The position numbers were made by a program, and so were the translations under genes. A stretch of 64,000 nt of DNA from an uncultured Clostridia bacterium (lineage in GTDB: Bacteria; Bacillota; Clostridia; TANB77; CAG-508): NCBI GenBank assembly GCA_947585105.1, contig CANPWV010000002.1, forward strand, positions 1,446-65,445, in the 5' to 3' direction. Positions 30,132 to 40,446 of the stretch are shown in pieces (position 1 is the first letter of the stretch; each line of letters starts with the position of its first letter). The notes below the pieces were generated by a model, which saw only the letters and a list, made by a program, of their open reading frames with translations, was not told the DNA's origin and did no database searches.

Positions 30132-31963
30132 TGACTGGTCTAGGGAGATATCAGACAGTTTACACAGGTATATTAATAATATTAACCTTTGTTCTTGTTA
30201 TATTTTTAAATTATTTGCTAAGTAAAAAAAATAAGAAGCAACTAGAAAAAGTATTTATTGTTCTATTTTCTTTACTTATTCTTTCTATCGTTCCTACGAT
30301 ACTACAAATGTTTTTTGCAAATAAAATAGACAATGAACAAGACTTAATATATTTTGATTATGTTTCATACATAGGAGTTTGTTATGTACCTGTTTGTTTT
30401 ACATATTTATCATTAATATTTGCTAAAACAAAAATAAACTTTACTAAAAAATTAAAATCACTTCTTATACTCCCTACAATATCAATTTTGGTATTATGGA
30501 CAAACAACTTACACCACTTGTTTTATCAAAGTTATTCAATTAACTTATCTGATATAAAACTTGGAAGTTACTTTTACATACATTATATATACACAATGGT
30601 ATTGTTTGCAATTTCACTTGTAATGCTCATTAAATACTCAATCAAAAATTCAGGTTTCTTCTCAAAGCAAGCAATACTTATCTTCATAGGTGTCGCAACA
30701 CCTATTGTAACCAATATTTTAGCTTACGCTGGAATAATACCTGGATTAAATGTAACATCAATTTCACTTGGAGTAACTGTTATATTGCTTACAATTGCTA
30801 TGTTAAAATTTGATTTATTTAAACTTACTCCAATTGCCTTACAATCAATCGTAGACAGAATTTCAGATAGTTATGTTGTTTTAAACGACAACTATGAAAT
30901 TACAGATTATAACTTAACTTTTACAAGAACATTTAAAGTTAAAAATGTATCAAACCTTCGTGGAAAACATTTTGCTAAATTTCTAGATGAAATTGGCTTA
31001 AAAGATAAAATTAAAGAATTTGCTAAATATATTGAAAAAATCGATAATAATAAGAAAAAAACTGTTAATTTTGAGATAAATATTGAAAAACTTAATAAAT
31101 ATTTCAATGTTGAAATTACATCAATTATTATAAATGGTCAGTTTCTAGGAATTTTGGTTCTTTTCAAAGATATTACTCAACATATAAACGATATGAGAAG
31201 TATTAAAAATAACCAAGAATTGCTTATCGAACAAGAACGTCTTGCCTCTTTAGGACAAATGATAGGTGGTATTGCTCATAACCTAAAAACGCCTATATTC
31301 TCTGTTGCTGGTGGCTTAGAGGGATTATCTGATTTGATAAAAGAATATGACGAATCAATTGATGATCCAAACGTAAACAATCAAGATATGCACGATATTG
31401 CTAAAGATATGAATGACTGGATTTATAAATTAAAAGACCATATTACATATATGAGCGATGTTATAACAACTGTTAAAGGTCAAGCTGTAAATATGTCTGA
31501 AGCTCAAAAAATAGATTTTCCTATTTCAGAGCTATTCCAACATGTAAACATCTTAATGCAACATATACTTAAAGAAAAGCTTGCTACTCTCGAAGTACAT
31601 AACGATATTCCTGATAGTATAACGATTTATGGAAATATAAATTCTTTGGTTCAAGTAATAAATAACTTGATTTCAAACGCAATTGAAGCTTATGGCGACA
31701 ATCCTGAGAAAAAAGTTGTACTATCTTCAAAAAAAGAAGGAAAAAATATTATAATTTCAGTAAAAGACTTTGGCCCAGGGCTTCCTAAAGAAGTTCAAGA
31801 CAAGCTTTTTAAAGAAATGATTACAACAAAAGGAAAAAACGGAACTGGTCTTGGATTATTTATGTCTTACTCAAATATTAAAGCTCATTTCAATGGAACT
31901 ATTAAATTTGAGACAGTTCCAAATGAAGGAACAAGATTTGATATTATAATTCCAAATAAATAA
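30131..31963 (+). CDS. Sensor histidine kinase with an N-terminal 7TM domain, PAS-like linker, HisKA and HATPase (paralog 1)
   Basis: Seven hydrophobic helices in the first ~230 aa; H-box ERLASLGQMIGGIAHNLKTPI; N/G boxes NLISNAIEA, DFGPGL, GTGLGL. ATG overlaps the NRPS TAA (TAATG). Confidence 0.85.
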   Translation: MTGLGRYQTVYTGILIILTFVLVIFLNYLLSKKNKKQLEKVFIVLFSLLILSIVPTILQMFFANKIDNEQDLIYFDYVSYIGVCYVPVCFTYLSLIFAKTKINFTKKLKSLLILPTISILVLWTNNLHHLFYQSYSINLSDIKLGSYFYIHYIYTMVLFAISLVMLIKYSIKNSGFFSKQAILIFIGVATPIVTNILAYAGIIPGLNVTSISLGVTVILLTIAMLKFDLFKLTPIALQSIVDRISDSYVVLNDNYEITDYNLTFTRTFKVKNVSNLRGKHFAKFLDEIGLKDKIKEFAKYIEKIDNNKKKTVNFEINIEKLNKYFNVEITSIIINGQFLGILVLFKDITQHINDMRSIKNNQELLIEQERLASLGQMIGGIAHNLKTPIFSVAGGLEGLSDLIKEYDESIDDPNVNNQDMHDIAKDMNDWIYKLKDHITYMSDVITTVKGQAVNMSEAQKIDFPISELFQHVNILMQHILKEKLATLEVHNDIPDSITIYGNINSLVQVINNLISNAIEAYGDNPEKKVVLSSKKEGKNIIISVKDFGPGLPKEVQDKLFKEMITTKGKNGTGLGLFMSYSNIKAHFNGTIKFETVPNEGTRFDIIIPNK

Positions 31964-31988
31964 TACAAATGAAAAAGGGGAGAAAAAA

Positions 31989-33806
31989 ATGAACACATTA
32001 TTTTATTCATTTACAATTGGAAGTCTACTTGCAGTAGTACTAATATTTCTATTTTACTTTCTATTAAAAGTAAAAATCACACAATTACAACAAATTTTTA
32101 GTGTAAACATGATTTTACTAATAACAACTTGTGTATTCATCTTTTTACAAATGCAACTTTCAAACGTTCTTAATATAAAACCTATCTATTTTGCTTATTT
32201 TTACTATATAGGAATTGTATTCTTCCCGATATCTCTATATTTTACAGTAAAAATATTTGTTCACACAAAAATTACTTTTAAAACGAGATATTTACTTTTA
32301 TTTATAATTCCTCTATTATCACTTCTAGCTTTATGGACAAACGAAAAATATCATTTATTCTTTGGAAATTATGATATTTCTTTAAATAATTGCAAATTTG
32401 GTCCTATGTTTATTATTAATGAAATTTATTCTTATTTCTTATACTTCCTATCAGTAGTTTCATTATTAAAATTCTTTAATAAAAATTCAGGACTATATTC
32501 ACAACAATTAAGCTTGTTTTTAGTTGGAATTATATTTCCATTTGTTTTAAATTTACTTGGAACTTTAAAAATAATTGATGTAACTATATATATCACTCCA
32601 ATTAGCTCAGTTGTATCAGTAATTTGCTTTACACTAGCTTTATTCAAATTCCAAATTCTAGATACTGTTCCAATTGCTCTTACTAAAGTAGTTGACAGGA
32701 TGAGCGATGGATACCTGGTTTTAAATGAAAAAAATATAATAACAGATTATAATATTACTTTTTTAAAAATATTTGAATTAGAAGATACTTCTATAAATTC
32801 TACTCACATATTTGACTTATTAAAATTAGAAAACTTTAAGCCATTAGAAGAAAAAACTATTATAAATGGCTTAAAAGCTGTTAGAGAATCAAACGAAACT
32901 TTAGTAATTGAAAAAGAATTTAAAAATTTAAAGAAATTCTTAAGATTAGAATTAAGCAACTTAAAATCTGAAAATGTTTTTATTGGTTCTTTGATATTAG
33001 TCAAAGACTTTACAGAACATCACAGAGATGTTGAAATTATAAAATCAAATACAAATATGCTTATTGAAAAAGAACGTTTAGCTTCACTTGGAGAAATGAT
33101 AAGTGGTGTTACACATAACTTAAAAACACCTATATTCTCTATTGCTGGCGCTAACGAAGGAATGGCTGATTTAATTAACGAATACGCCCAATCAATTGAT
33201 GATCCAACAGTTACAAAAGAAGATCATAAAGATATTGCTAAAGACATGTTAGACTGGAATGAAAAAATTAAAGAGTACACATCTTATATGTCTGATATAA
33301 TTACAGCAATTCGTGGACAAGCTGCTTCATTTACAGAAAACACTTATGAAACCTTTACAATAGATGAATTAATGAAAAGGGTTAATATCTTAATGAAACA
33401 CGAATTACAACAAGCTCTGGTTACTTTAAATGTTTCTTATAATTTAAGTAAAGAAATAAATTTACACGGAAATATTAATAGTTTAATACAAATTATTAAT
33501 AACTTAATTTCAAACGCTATTCAAAGTTATCAAGGAACACCAAATCAAAATGTATACTTAAATTTAGAAAATACAGATACAAAATTAATCATTACTATTG
33601 AAGATCATGGAATGGGAATTCCACCTGAAATTAAAGATAAATTATTCAAAGAAATAATAACTTCAAAAGGAAAAGAAGGAACTGGCCTTGGCCTATTTAT
33701 CTCATATTCAAACTTGAAAACACAATTTAATGGAGACTTAACATTTGAATCAGAAGTTGGAAAAGGAACAACTTTTAAAATAACTCTTCCAATTTCTTCA
33801 ATTTAA
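31989..33806 (+). CDS. Sensor histidine kinase, 7TM-PAS-HisKA-HATPase (paralog 2)
   Basis: Same architecture as the previous gene; kinase core nearly collinear (ERLASLGEMISGVTHNLKTPI..., NLISNAIQS, DHGMGI, GTGLGL). Confidence 0.85.
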   Translation: MNTLFYSFTIGSLLAVVLIFLFYFLLKVKITQLQQIFSVNMILLITTCVFIFLQMQLSNVLNIKPIYFAYFYYIGIVFFPISLYFTVKIFVHTKITFKTRYLLLFIIPLLSLLALWTNEKYHLFFGNYDISLNNCKFGPMFIINEIYSYFLYFLSVVSLLKFFNKNSGLYSQQLSLFLVGIIFPFVLNLLGTLKIIDVTIYITPISSVVSVICFTLALFKFQILDTVPIALTKVVDRMSDGYLVLNEKNIITDYNITFLKIFELEDTSINSTHIFDLLKLENFKPLEEKTIINGLKAVRESNETLVIEKEFKNLKKFLRLELSNLKSENVFIGSLILVKDFTEHHRDVEIIKSNTNMLIEKERLASLGEMISGVTHNLKTPIFSIAGANEGMADLINEYAQSIDDPTVTKEDHKDIAKDMLDWNEKIKEYTSYMSDIITAIRGQAASFTENTYETFTIDELMKRVNILMKHELQQALVTLNVSYNLSKEINLHGNINSLIQIINNLISNAIQSYQGTPNQNVYLNLENTDTKLIITIEDHGMGIPPEIKDKLFKEIITSKGKEGTGLGLFISYSNLKTQFNGDLTFESEVGKGTTFKITLPISSI

Positions 33807-33845
33807 GTATATAATAGATTAAGATTAAAGGAGGTACTAATAAAT

Positions 33846-34901
33846 ATGCGCCATTCTGAACAAAATGTAGAAAAACAACCTTATAAAATCATTGCAGTTG
33901 ATGATGAAAGTGGAATTATTGATTCATTATCAGTATTTTTAAAACGTTCTGGTTATCAATTAGTTGGTATTACAAATCCACTAGAAGCTATTGAACGTGT
34001 AAAAAATGAACACTTTGATTTAATGCTTTTGGACTTCATTATGACACCTATTCATGGTGATAAGGTTGTTGAAGAAATTAGAAAGTTTGATAAAGATTTA
34101 TATATTTTATTGCTTACTGGTCATAAAGACTTGGCTCCACCATTAGAGACAATTAGAAAATTATCAATTCAAGGTTATTGTGAAAAAAGTGATAAATTTG
34201 ATCAATTATTGCTTTTAATAGAGTCTGCAATTAAATCAATTGAACAAATGAGAATTATAAGTAAAATAAATTCTGAATTATCTCAGTCAAGAGAAGAATT
34301 AGAAAAAGCTTATTTAGAGACAATTCAAACTTTAAGATATACTGTTGAAGCTAAAGATCAATATACAAGAGGTCACTCTGATAGAGTTTCAGCGTTCTCT
34401 GTTTTAATTGGAAAATATATGGGACTTTCAGAAGAAGATTTAAAAACTCTTGAAATAGGTGGTTTATTCCATGATATTGGAAAAATTGGAGTTCCTGACA
34501 GTGTTCTTCTAAAAGAAGGAAAACTTACTGATGATGAATATAGTGAAATTAAAAATCACCCATCAATTGGTAAACACATTCTTTCAAATGCTTCAACTTT
34601 TGAGAATATAATTCCAATTGTATATCATCATCATGAAAAATTTGATGGACATGGATATCCAGGAAAACTTAAAGGAGAAGAAATTCCTTTATTTGCTAGA
34701 ATTGCGGCTGTAGCTGATACTTTTGACGCTATGACTACAAAAAGATCTTATAGAAACGCTCTTCCTCTAGATGTTGTTAGAGCTGAAATAGTTAGAGTTT
34801 CAGGAACACAATTTGATCCTAAGATTGCCGATGTATTCTTAGATATATTAGATAACCATTACGATGAAATCCTTGCTATACAAGAAAAATACGCAAGTTA
34901 A
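33846..34901 (+). CDS. RpfG-type response regulator: REC plus HD-GYP (c-di-GMP phosphodiesterase family)
   Basis: REC (IIAVDDE.., LMLLDFIM), then GLFHDIGKIGVPD and HHHEKFDGHGYPGKLKGEEIP (HD...GYP). Confidence 0.9.
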   Translation: MRHSEQNVEKQPYKIIAVDDESGIIDSLSVFLKRSGYQLVGITNPLEAIERVKNEHFDLMLLDFIMTPIHGDKVVEEIRKFDKDLYILLLTGHKDLAPPLETIRKLSIQGYCEKSDKFDQLLLLIESAIKSIEQMRIISKINSELSQSREELEKAYLETIQTLRYTVEAKDQYTRGHSDRVSAFSVLIGKYMGLSEEDLKTLEIGGLFHDIGKIGVPDSVLLKEGKLTDDEYSEIKNHPSIGKHILSNASTFENIIPIVYHHHEKFDGHGYPGKLKGEEIPLFARIAAVADTFDAMTTKRSYRNALPLDVVRAEIVRVSGTQFDPKIADVFLDILDNHYDEILAIQEKYAS

Positions 34902-34912
34902 GGGGGAAAAAA

Positions 34913-35722
34913 ATGAAAATAACTGAAGTTAAAAATACGGCGAGAGTTAAACTTTCAGGAAAATGTATAAAGTGTTGCTCTTCTAGTCTTTTATACTTTA
35001 TAATAATTGCTTTAATAACTTATTTTCAGACCTTAGCTACAAATAAAATAGAAAATTCAATTGTTCTAGCTATTGTTCAAGCTATTTTACTACTTATTAA
35101 TTGGGTTTTCGGATATGGAATTGTAGCAAATATCTTGGATTTAACAAACGATAAAACATCATCAATTACAGATTTTATAAATAGTACAATTAAAAATTCT
35201 GTAAAATATACAAAAATTGGGTTAAGAGTTTTATTAAAGATTTTAATTCCTTTATTAATTTTCTTGTTTACAGCTTTTTATTGGGTAGGAACTCAGATTG
35301 CTAGAATAAATAAAATAAACTTTCTTTGCTTTAATCAAAATTTGACTATATTAGCTAGTTTCGTTTGGGCTTTAAGTGGAATATTACTTTTATATTATAT
35401 TTTAAAATATACTTTAATTGCTTATATTTACTATGAGAATCCAAATTTATCTGAAAAGGAAATTGCTGATCAATCAAATAATTTAATGAAAAAAAATATA
35501 GGAAAATTCATTTTATTATTACTATCTTTCTTACATTGGTTCTTACTTGCAGCAATAATATTATTAATACTAAATTTATTCATAGAAATTCAGTATTTAA
35601 CACCTTTTGCAGTCTTATTTTATAGTATATTAAGACCATACTTCGTAGTATCAAAATCAGAATTTTACAATGAATTAAATGATGTAAAAATAGAAGAAAT
35701 AAAAAAAGATGACTCAAAATAA
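34913..35722 (+). CDS. DUF975-like polytopic membrane protein
   Basis: 269 aa; N-terminus ..VKNTARVKLSGKC.. followed by multiple TM helices, typical of DUF975. Confidence 0.5.
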   Translation: MKITEVKNTARVKLSGKCIKCCSSSLLYFIIIALITYFQTLATNKIENSIVLAIVQAILLLINWVFGYGIVANILDLTNDKTSSITDFINSTIKNSVKYTKIGLRVLLKILIPLLIFLFTAFYWVGTQIARINKINFLCFNQNLTILASFVWALSGILLLYYILKYTLIAYIYYENPNLSEKEIADQSNNLMKKNIGKFILLLLSFLHWFLLAAIILLILNLFIEIQYLTPFAVLFYSILRPYFVVSKSEFYNELNDVKIEEIKKDDSK

Positions 35723-35748
35723 GAGTCATTTTTTTCGCTTAAATATAC

Positions 35749-35777
35749 TTGCAAAAATAGAAAAATTCAGTTATAAT
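35749..35777 (+). promoter_or_regulatory. Putative sigma-A promoter of the ABC-F gene
   Basis: TTGCAA, 17 nt spacer, TATAAT. Confidence 0.5.
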
Positions 35778-35822
35778 GATAGAGTTATATGAATTTTTGA
35801 AAAAGTTTGGAGGAGATTAAAA

Positions 35823-37406
35823 TTGCTTAGTTCAAATGGTGTTACAATACGTTTTGGAAAAAGAGTATTGTTTGAAGACGTTAATATAAAATTTACCAAA
35901 GGAAATTGTTATGGAATAATTGGTGCAAATGGAGCTGGTAAATCTACATTTCTAAAGGTTTTATCTGGTGAATTAGAGCCTAGTAAAGGTGAAGTTATAT
36001 TAGATAAAGGCGAAAGATTATCAATCTTAAAACAGGATCACTTTGCTTATGAAGATTATACTTTAATTGATACTGTAATGCTTGGAAATCCTGAATTATA
36101 CAATATAATGAAAGAAAAAGACAAAATCTATTCAAAGCCAGACTTTTCAGAAGAAGACGGAATTGTTGCTGCAAAATTAGAAGAACGTTTTGCAGAACTA
36201 GATGGTTGGAACGCTGAAAGTGATGCTGCTAAACTTTTAAATGACTTAGGAATAGATAGTTTTCTTCATTATAAATATATGAAAGAAATTGAAGCTAAAG
36301 ATAAAGTTAAAGTTCTTTTAGCTCAGAGTTTATTTGGAAATCCAGATGTGTTATTGCTAGATGAGCCTACAAACGATTTAGATTTAAAAGCTATAAATTG
36401 GTTACAAGACTTTTTAATTGACTTTGAAAATACTGTTATAGTTGTTTCACATGACAGATATTTTCTAAACAAAGTTTGTACACATATTGCAGATGTTGAT
36501 TTTGGAAAAATCAAAGTCTATCCTGGTAACTATGACTTCTGGTATGAGTCAAGCCAACTTGCCTTAAAACAAATGAAAGAAGCAAACAAAAAGAAAGAAG
36601 AGAAAATTAAAGAATTACAAGATTTCATTGCTAGATTTAGTGCAAATGCTTCAAAATCAAAACAAGCTACATCTAGAAAGAAATCATTAGAGAAAATAGA
36701 ATTAGACGAAATAAAGCCATCTAACAGAAAATACCCATATATTGATTTTAAACCAGATAGAGAATATGGAAAAGATATATTAGAAGTTAAAAATTTATCT
36801 AAAACTGTAAATGGAGAAAAGCTTTTAGACAATGTTTCATTTGTAATTAAACAAGATGAAAAAGTTTCATTTTTATCTGATAATGAAATTGCTAAAACTG
36901 TTTTATTTCAAATACTTGCTGGTCAAATGGAGCCTGATTCTGGCGAAATAAATTATGGAGTTACAATTTCAACAGATTATTTCCCAAAAGATAATAATTA
37001 TATGTTTGAAGATGAGATAAAATTAGTAGATTGGTTAAGACAATATTCAAAAGATCCAGATGAAACTTATGTTAGAGGTTTTTTAGGAAGAATGTTATTT
37101 TCAGGTGACGAAGCTTTAAAAGATGTTAGAGTTTTGTCTGGTGGAGAAAAAGTAAGATGTGTTCTTTCTAAGCTAATGCTTTCTGGTGCGAATTTCCTTA
37201 TATTTGACGAGCCTACAAACCATTTAGATATGGAGAGTATAACAGCTCTAAATGAAGGAATGAAAAAATTCCCAGGAATAATATTATTTACATCACATGA
37301 CCACGAGCTTACTCAAACTGTTGCTAACAAAATAATAGATTTAAAAGATGGAAAAAATATAGTAGTTCGCGAGTGTACTTATGACGAATACTTAAATGAA
37401 ATATAA
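35823..37406 (+). CDS. ABC-F family ATPase (YbiT/EttA-like, two NBDs, no TM domain)
   Basis: TTG start behind GGAGGAG; Walker A GANGAGKST, a degenerate second Walker A region, LSGGEKVR signature, LLLDEPTN and LIFDEPTN Walker B, charged interdomain linker. Confidence 0.85.
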   Translation: MLSSNGVTIRFGKRVLFEDVNIKFTKGNCYGIIGANGAGKSTFLKVLSGELEPSKGEVILDKGERLSILKQDHFAYEDYTLIDTVMLGNPELYNIMKEKDKIYSKPDFSEEDGIVAAKLEERFAELDGWNAESDAAKLLNDLGIDSFLHYKYMKEIEAKDKVKVLLAQSLFGNPDVLLLDEPTNDLDLKAINWLQDFLIDFENTVIVVSHDRYFLNKVCTHIADVDFGKIKVYPGNYDFWYESSQLALKQMKEANKKKEEKIKELQDFIARFSANASKSKQATSRKKSLEKIELDEIKPSNRKYPYIDFKPDREYGKDILEVKNLSKTVNGEKLLDNVSFVIKQDEKVSFLSDNEIAKTVLFQILAGQMEPDSGEINYGVTISTDYFPKDNNYMFEDEIKLVDWLRQYSKDPDETYVRGFLGRMLFSGDEALKDVRVLSGGEKVRCVLSKLMLSGANFLIFDEPTNHLDMESITALNEGMKKFPGIILFTSHDHELTQTVANKIIDLKDGKNIVVRECTYDEYLNEI

Positions 37407-37417
37407 TATATAAAAAA

Positions 37418-37436
37418 ATAAGGCTTATGGCCTTAT
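37418..37436. terminator. Bidirectional terminator hairpin between convergent operons
   Basis: ataaggc-ttatg-gccttat, flanked by an A-run and a T-run. Confidence 0.6.
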
Positions 37437-37439
37437 TTT

Positions 37440-38423
37440 TTATGTGTCAGCATATATTGCTGCTTTCTTATCTTTTAATGTGAATTTTATTCCAGTTTTA
37501 TCTGTTACTAATAAAACTATTTTCTTAGCAAATTCTTTGTCATAATTTAATTCATTTTCAAAATTTACAACTATTTTATCAGTTCCTGTTATAGTTACTT
37601 TTATTTTTTTGTTTTCTTGCTCCATAAGTAACATTATTGTTTCTAGCATCAAGAAAATTATTGTTTCTGTATTTTTTCTAACTATTGTTGATGGACTTTC
37701 AGCGTTTATAACTAGTTCAGTTATATTTTCTTTAATCTTACTAGCAAGTAAAGTTCTAGTAACATCTATAATATCTTCGATTCTTAAAAATTTATTTCCT
37801 TCAAATCCTAGAGCTGAGAAAACTTTTCCAACTTTATTATTTGCTTCATCAATAACTTTGTTTTCATCTTCATAATCTTTTGTGTTCATAGCAATTGACT
37901 TGTTTGCAGCACTTATAGAAAATAACTGATCTTTGGCTTCATTTATCAATCCAACTGATAATTCACCAATTAATTGCTTTTTATAATTTAATGAAGCAAG
38001 TTTAATTTCTTGAACTCTATTTAATTTGATAAGTCTCATTGTCTTTATTGCTGATAATGTTAATAATAGAAGCTCGTCTACACCTTTTGTCTTGTCGTGG
38101 TAACCTTGAATATCAAGGAAAGTTAAAGTCTCAATAGGTGGCTTTTTCTCTGAAAAACCAGTTTGTAAAATTACTAAAGCTTTGTTGTTAAAAGTTCTAA
38201 GTTGCTTTACAAACTCTTCTCCTGTAAGCTCTGGCATAAAATAATCTAGTAGTACAATATCAATATTCTCATCTTTGCAAATTTTTAATGCTTCCACTGG
38301 ATTTGTACAAGCTGATATATTTAAACCATTTTCCTCCAAATACATTTTTGTAACTTTTACGTAATTTTCATCATCGTCAACTAACAATATTTTGGTTTGT
38401 TTTACTCCCTCAACATTAACCAT
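37440..38423 (-). CDS. REC domain protein with a C-terminal degenerate kinase-like (pseudo-HisKA/HATPase) region
   Basis: REC (ILLVDDDE.., VLLDYFMPELTG). The C-terminal half has an H-box-like SVGLINEAKDQL with Asn where His is expected. No recognisable DNA-binding domain. Confidence 0.6.
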   Translation of the reverse strand: MVNVEGVKQTKILLVDDDENYVKVTKMYLEENGLNISACTNPVEALKICKDENIDIVLLDYFMPELTGEEFVKQLRTFNNKALVILQTGFSEKKPPIETLTFLDIQGYHDKTKGVDELLLLTLSAIKTMRLIKLNRVQEIKLASLNYKKQLIGELSVGLINEAKDQLFSISAANKSIAMNTKDYEDENKVIDEANNKVGKVFSALGFEGNKFLRIEDIIDVTRTLLASKIKENITELVINAESPSTIVRKNTETIIFLMLETIMLLMEQENKKIKVTITGTDKIVVNFENELNYDKEFAKKIVLLVTDKTGIKFTLKDKKAAIYADT

Positions 38424-40434
38424 TTCCTTGTTCCTCCTTCATTGGTATTTCAATTATAAATTTAGTTCCAATGCCTTTTTTAACTTCGAACCAAATATTT
38501 CCTTGGTAAATTCCTTTTATAACAGAGCCAGCTAGATACATACCAAGTCCTGTACCTTTAGCTCCTTTTGTTGTCATTATGTTTTTAAATAAGTACTTTT
38601 GTACCTTCTCAGGAATTCCTCCTGCTTCGTCCTCTACCTCAATTCTACAAGTATTTGAACCTTTCTTAAACGCTGTTAACTTAACATTTCCTTTCTTTCC
38701 AATTCCACCATAGGCCTGAATCGCGTTAACAACAATGTTTGTAAGAACCTGTCCAAGTTTTGTTCTCTCTCCGTAGATTTCAATTTCTTCTTTAACTTCA
38801 CTTTCAAATGTACAACCATTTTTCTTTTGCTCGTTTTGAGTAAGAACATGTAAGTCATCAACCATTTTATTTAGGCTAAATACTTCTTTATCATTACTTC
38901 CTAAGTTTCTAATTTGATTTCTCATACTTGTAACAATGTTTATAATTCTGTCAGACGAAATTTGCATATTTTCAAGAAGCTCTTTTTCTTTGTCAGATGT
39001 GCAATATTTGTCAAGCATTAAAATTGAAGTATTAATTGATGAAATCGGTGTATTAATATCATGAGCCATACCACCAGCAAGCTCACCTAAAACTGACAAT
39101 TGCTCTTGTTTAAACATTATATCTCTTTGAATTAAAAGCTTGTCCTGGATTTTATTATAGTAATATGAAATATTTCCAATCTCATCGTTTGAAAGTATCG
39201 GCATAAAGTTTTTCTTCAAGATATCTTTATCAGATAAGATGTCTTGCATATTTTTCTCAACATTCTTGATATTCATACTACTGTTTTTAGACCAATATAC
39301 TAAAATTACAGCATAAATAAGAAGCATAGCAACACTTACATAAACTAAGAATTCAAATGTTTCTATATTTCCAGCAAAATATTTTGCTCCTATAAAATAA
39401 GTTCTTCCAAATTCATCTTTAACAGCTCTTATATAAGCGTGTTCATCAATTCCATAAGATTCATATATTACATTATCTTCTTGAGTAAGATTAATACCAG
39501 TTTTTCCATTATCATCTGTATAATAATAGAAATATTTGTCTTTATATTTTACCATGAAATCACTTAAGTCTTTAGTTCCTGTAGTAACCATATTTCCTTC
39601 ATAATCCATAGCAAACAATATGTTTTCATCTTCCCATAATGGAACTTCTAGCTTAACTGTCTGTAACATATCTTTTATATCAAGTTTTGATTTATCAAAT
39701 TCTAAATCATCCATATATGTTCTGTAATAAGTTGAAATAGCTTTTGAAGAAACATCTATTGTGTTTGAATATGAAAAACATATAAATATGATTAAAATAG
39801 CTATTACTAATGGTAAAATTTGAATAAGAAGTGAAACAGAATTACTTATTGTAGTATTATTTTTCTTATAAAATCTGTTATTTTCGTAACTTTCTTTTAA
39901 AACAGTATTTAAATATTTTTGTAAGAAGAAAAATTTAAATACACTCAAAATTAGCCAAGCAGCTATAATTAATAATCCTAGTCTTATAAGTGATATTAAC
40001 ATTTTGTCAAAATCTTGAATACTTAATTTTCCAACAGTTAGGAAAAACGCAACAGCAATTATAGTTACAAAAGCTATAATTACTACTTGTATAATCATAA
40101 ACTTATATGGGTAATTCATACAATTATCACGAACATTTATTATAAATTTTTTGTCTTTTTCAGGATTACCATGATTTATAAGTTTGTCTATTTTTTTCAT
40201 TGAGATTTTATCGATTAATATTTCTAAAGTATATACTATTAGACCAAATATTATGAAATAAACAAATAATGGTATTTTTATTGTTTCAATTTGAAAAGAA
40301 ATATTATCAAAATATTTTGGAAAATTTAACAGCTGTGGCAACAGTAAGTAAAATATTGTTATTATTACAATTGTTGACAATAAAACCATTAAATTATATT
40401 CTTTTCTACTTTTCTTTAGTTTCTTATTATCCAT
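38416..40434 (-). CDS. Multi-TM sensor histidine kinase with an extracytoplasmic domain
   Basis: 672 aa; several TM helices flank a ~130 aa loop; H-box LSVLGELAGGMAHDINTPI; NIVVNAIQA, GTGLGM. Its stop overlaps the start of the REC gene. Confidence 0.85.
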   Translation of the reverse strand: MDNKKLKKSRKEYNLMVLLSTIVIITIFYLLLPQLLNFPKYFDNISFQIETIKIPLFVYFIIFGLIVYTLEILIDKISMKKIDKLINHGNPEKDKKFIINVRDNCMNYPYKFMIIQVVIIAFVTIIAVAFFLTVGKLSIQDFDKMLISLIRLGLLIIAAWLILSVFKFFFLQKYLNTVLKESYENNRFYKKNNTTISNSVSLLIQILPLVIAILIIFICFSYSNTIDVSSKAISTYYRTYMDDLEFDKSKLDIKDMLQTVKLEVPLWEDENILFAMDYEGNMVTTGTKDLSDFMVKYKDKYFYYYTDDNGKTGINLTQEDNVIYESYGIDEHAYIRAVKDEFGRTYFIGAKYFAGNIETFEFLVYVSVAMLLIYAVILVYWSKNSSMNIKNVEKNMQDILSDKDILKKNFMPILSNDEIGNISYYYNKIQDKLLIQRDIMFKQEQLSVLGELAGGMAHDINTPISSINTSILMLDKYCTSDKEKELLENMQISSDRIINIVTSMRNQIRNLGSNDKEVFSLNKMVDDLHVLTQNEQKKNGCTFESEVKEEIEIYGERTKLGQVLTNIVVNAIQAYGGIGKKGNVKLTAFKKGSNTCRIEVEDEAGGIPEKVQKYLFKNIMTTKGAKGTGLGMYLAGSVIKGIYQGNIWFEVKKGIGTKFIIEIPMKEEQGNG

Positions 40435-40446
40435 TTTTCCCTTCCT

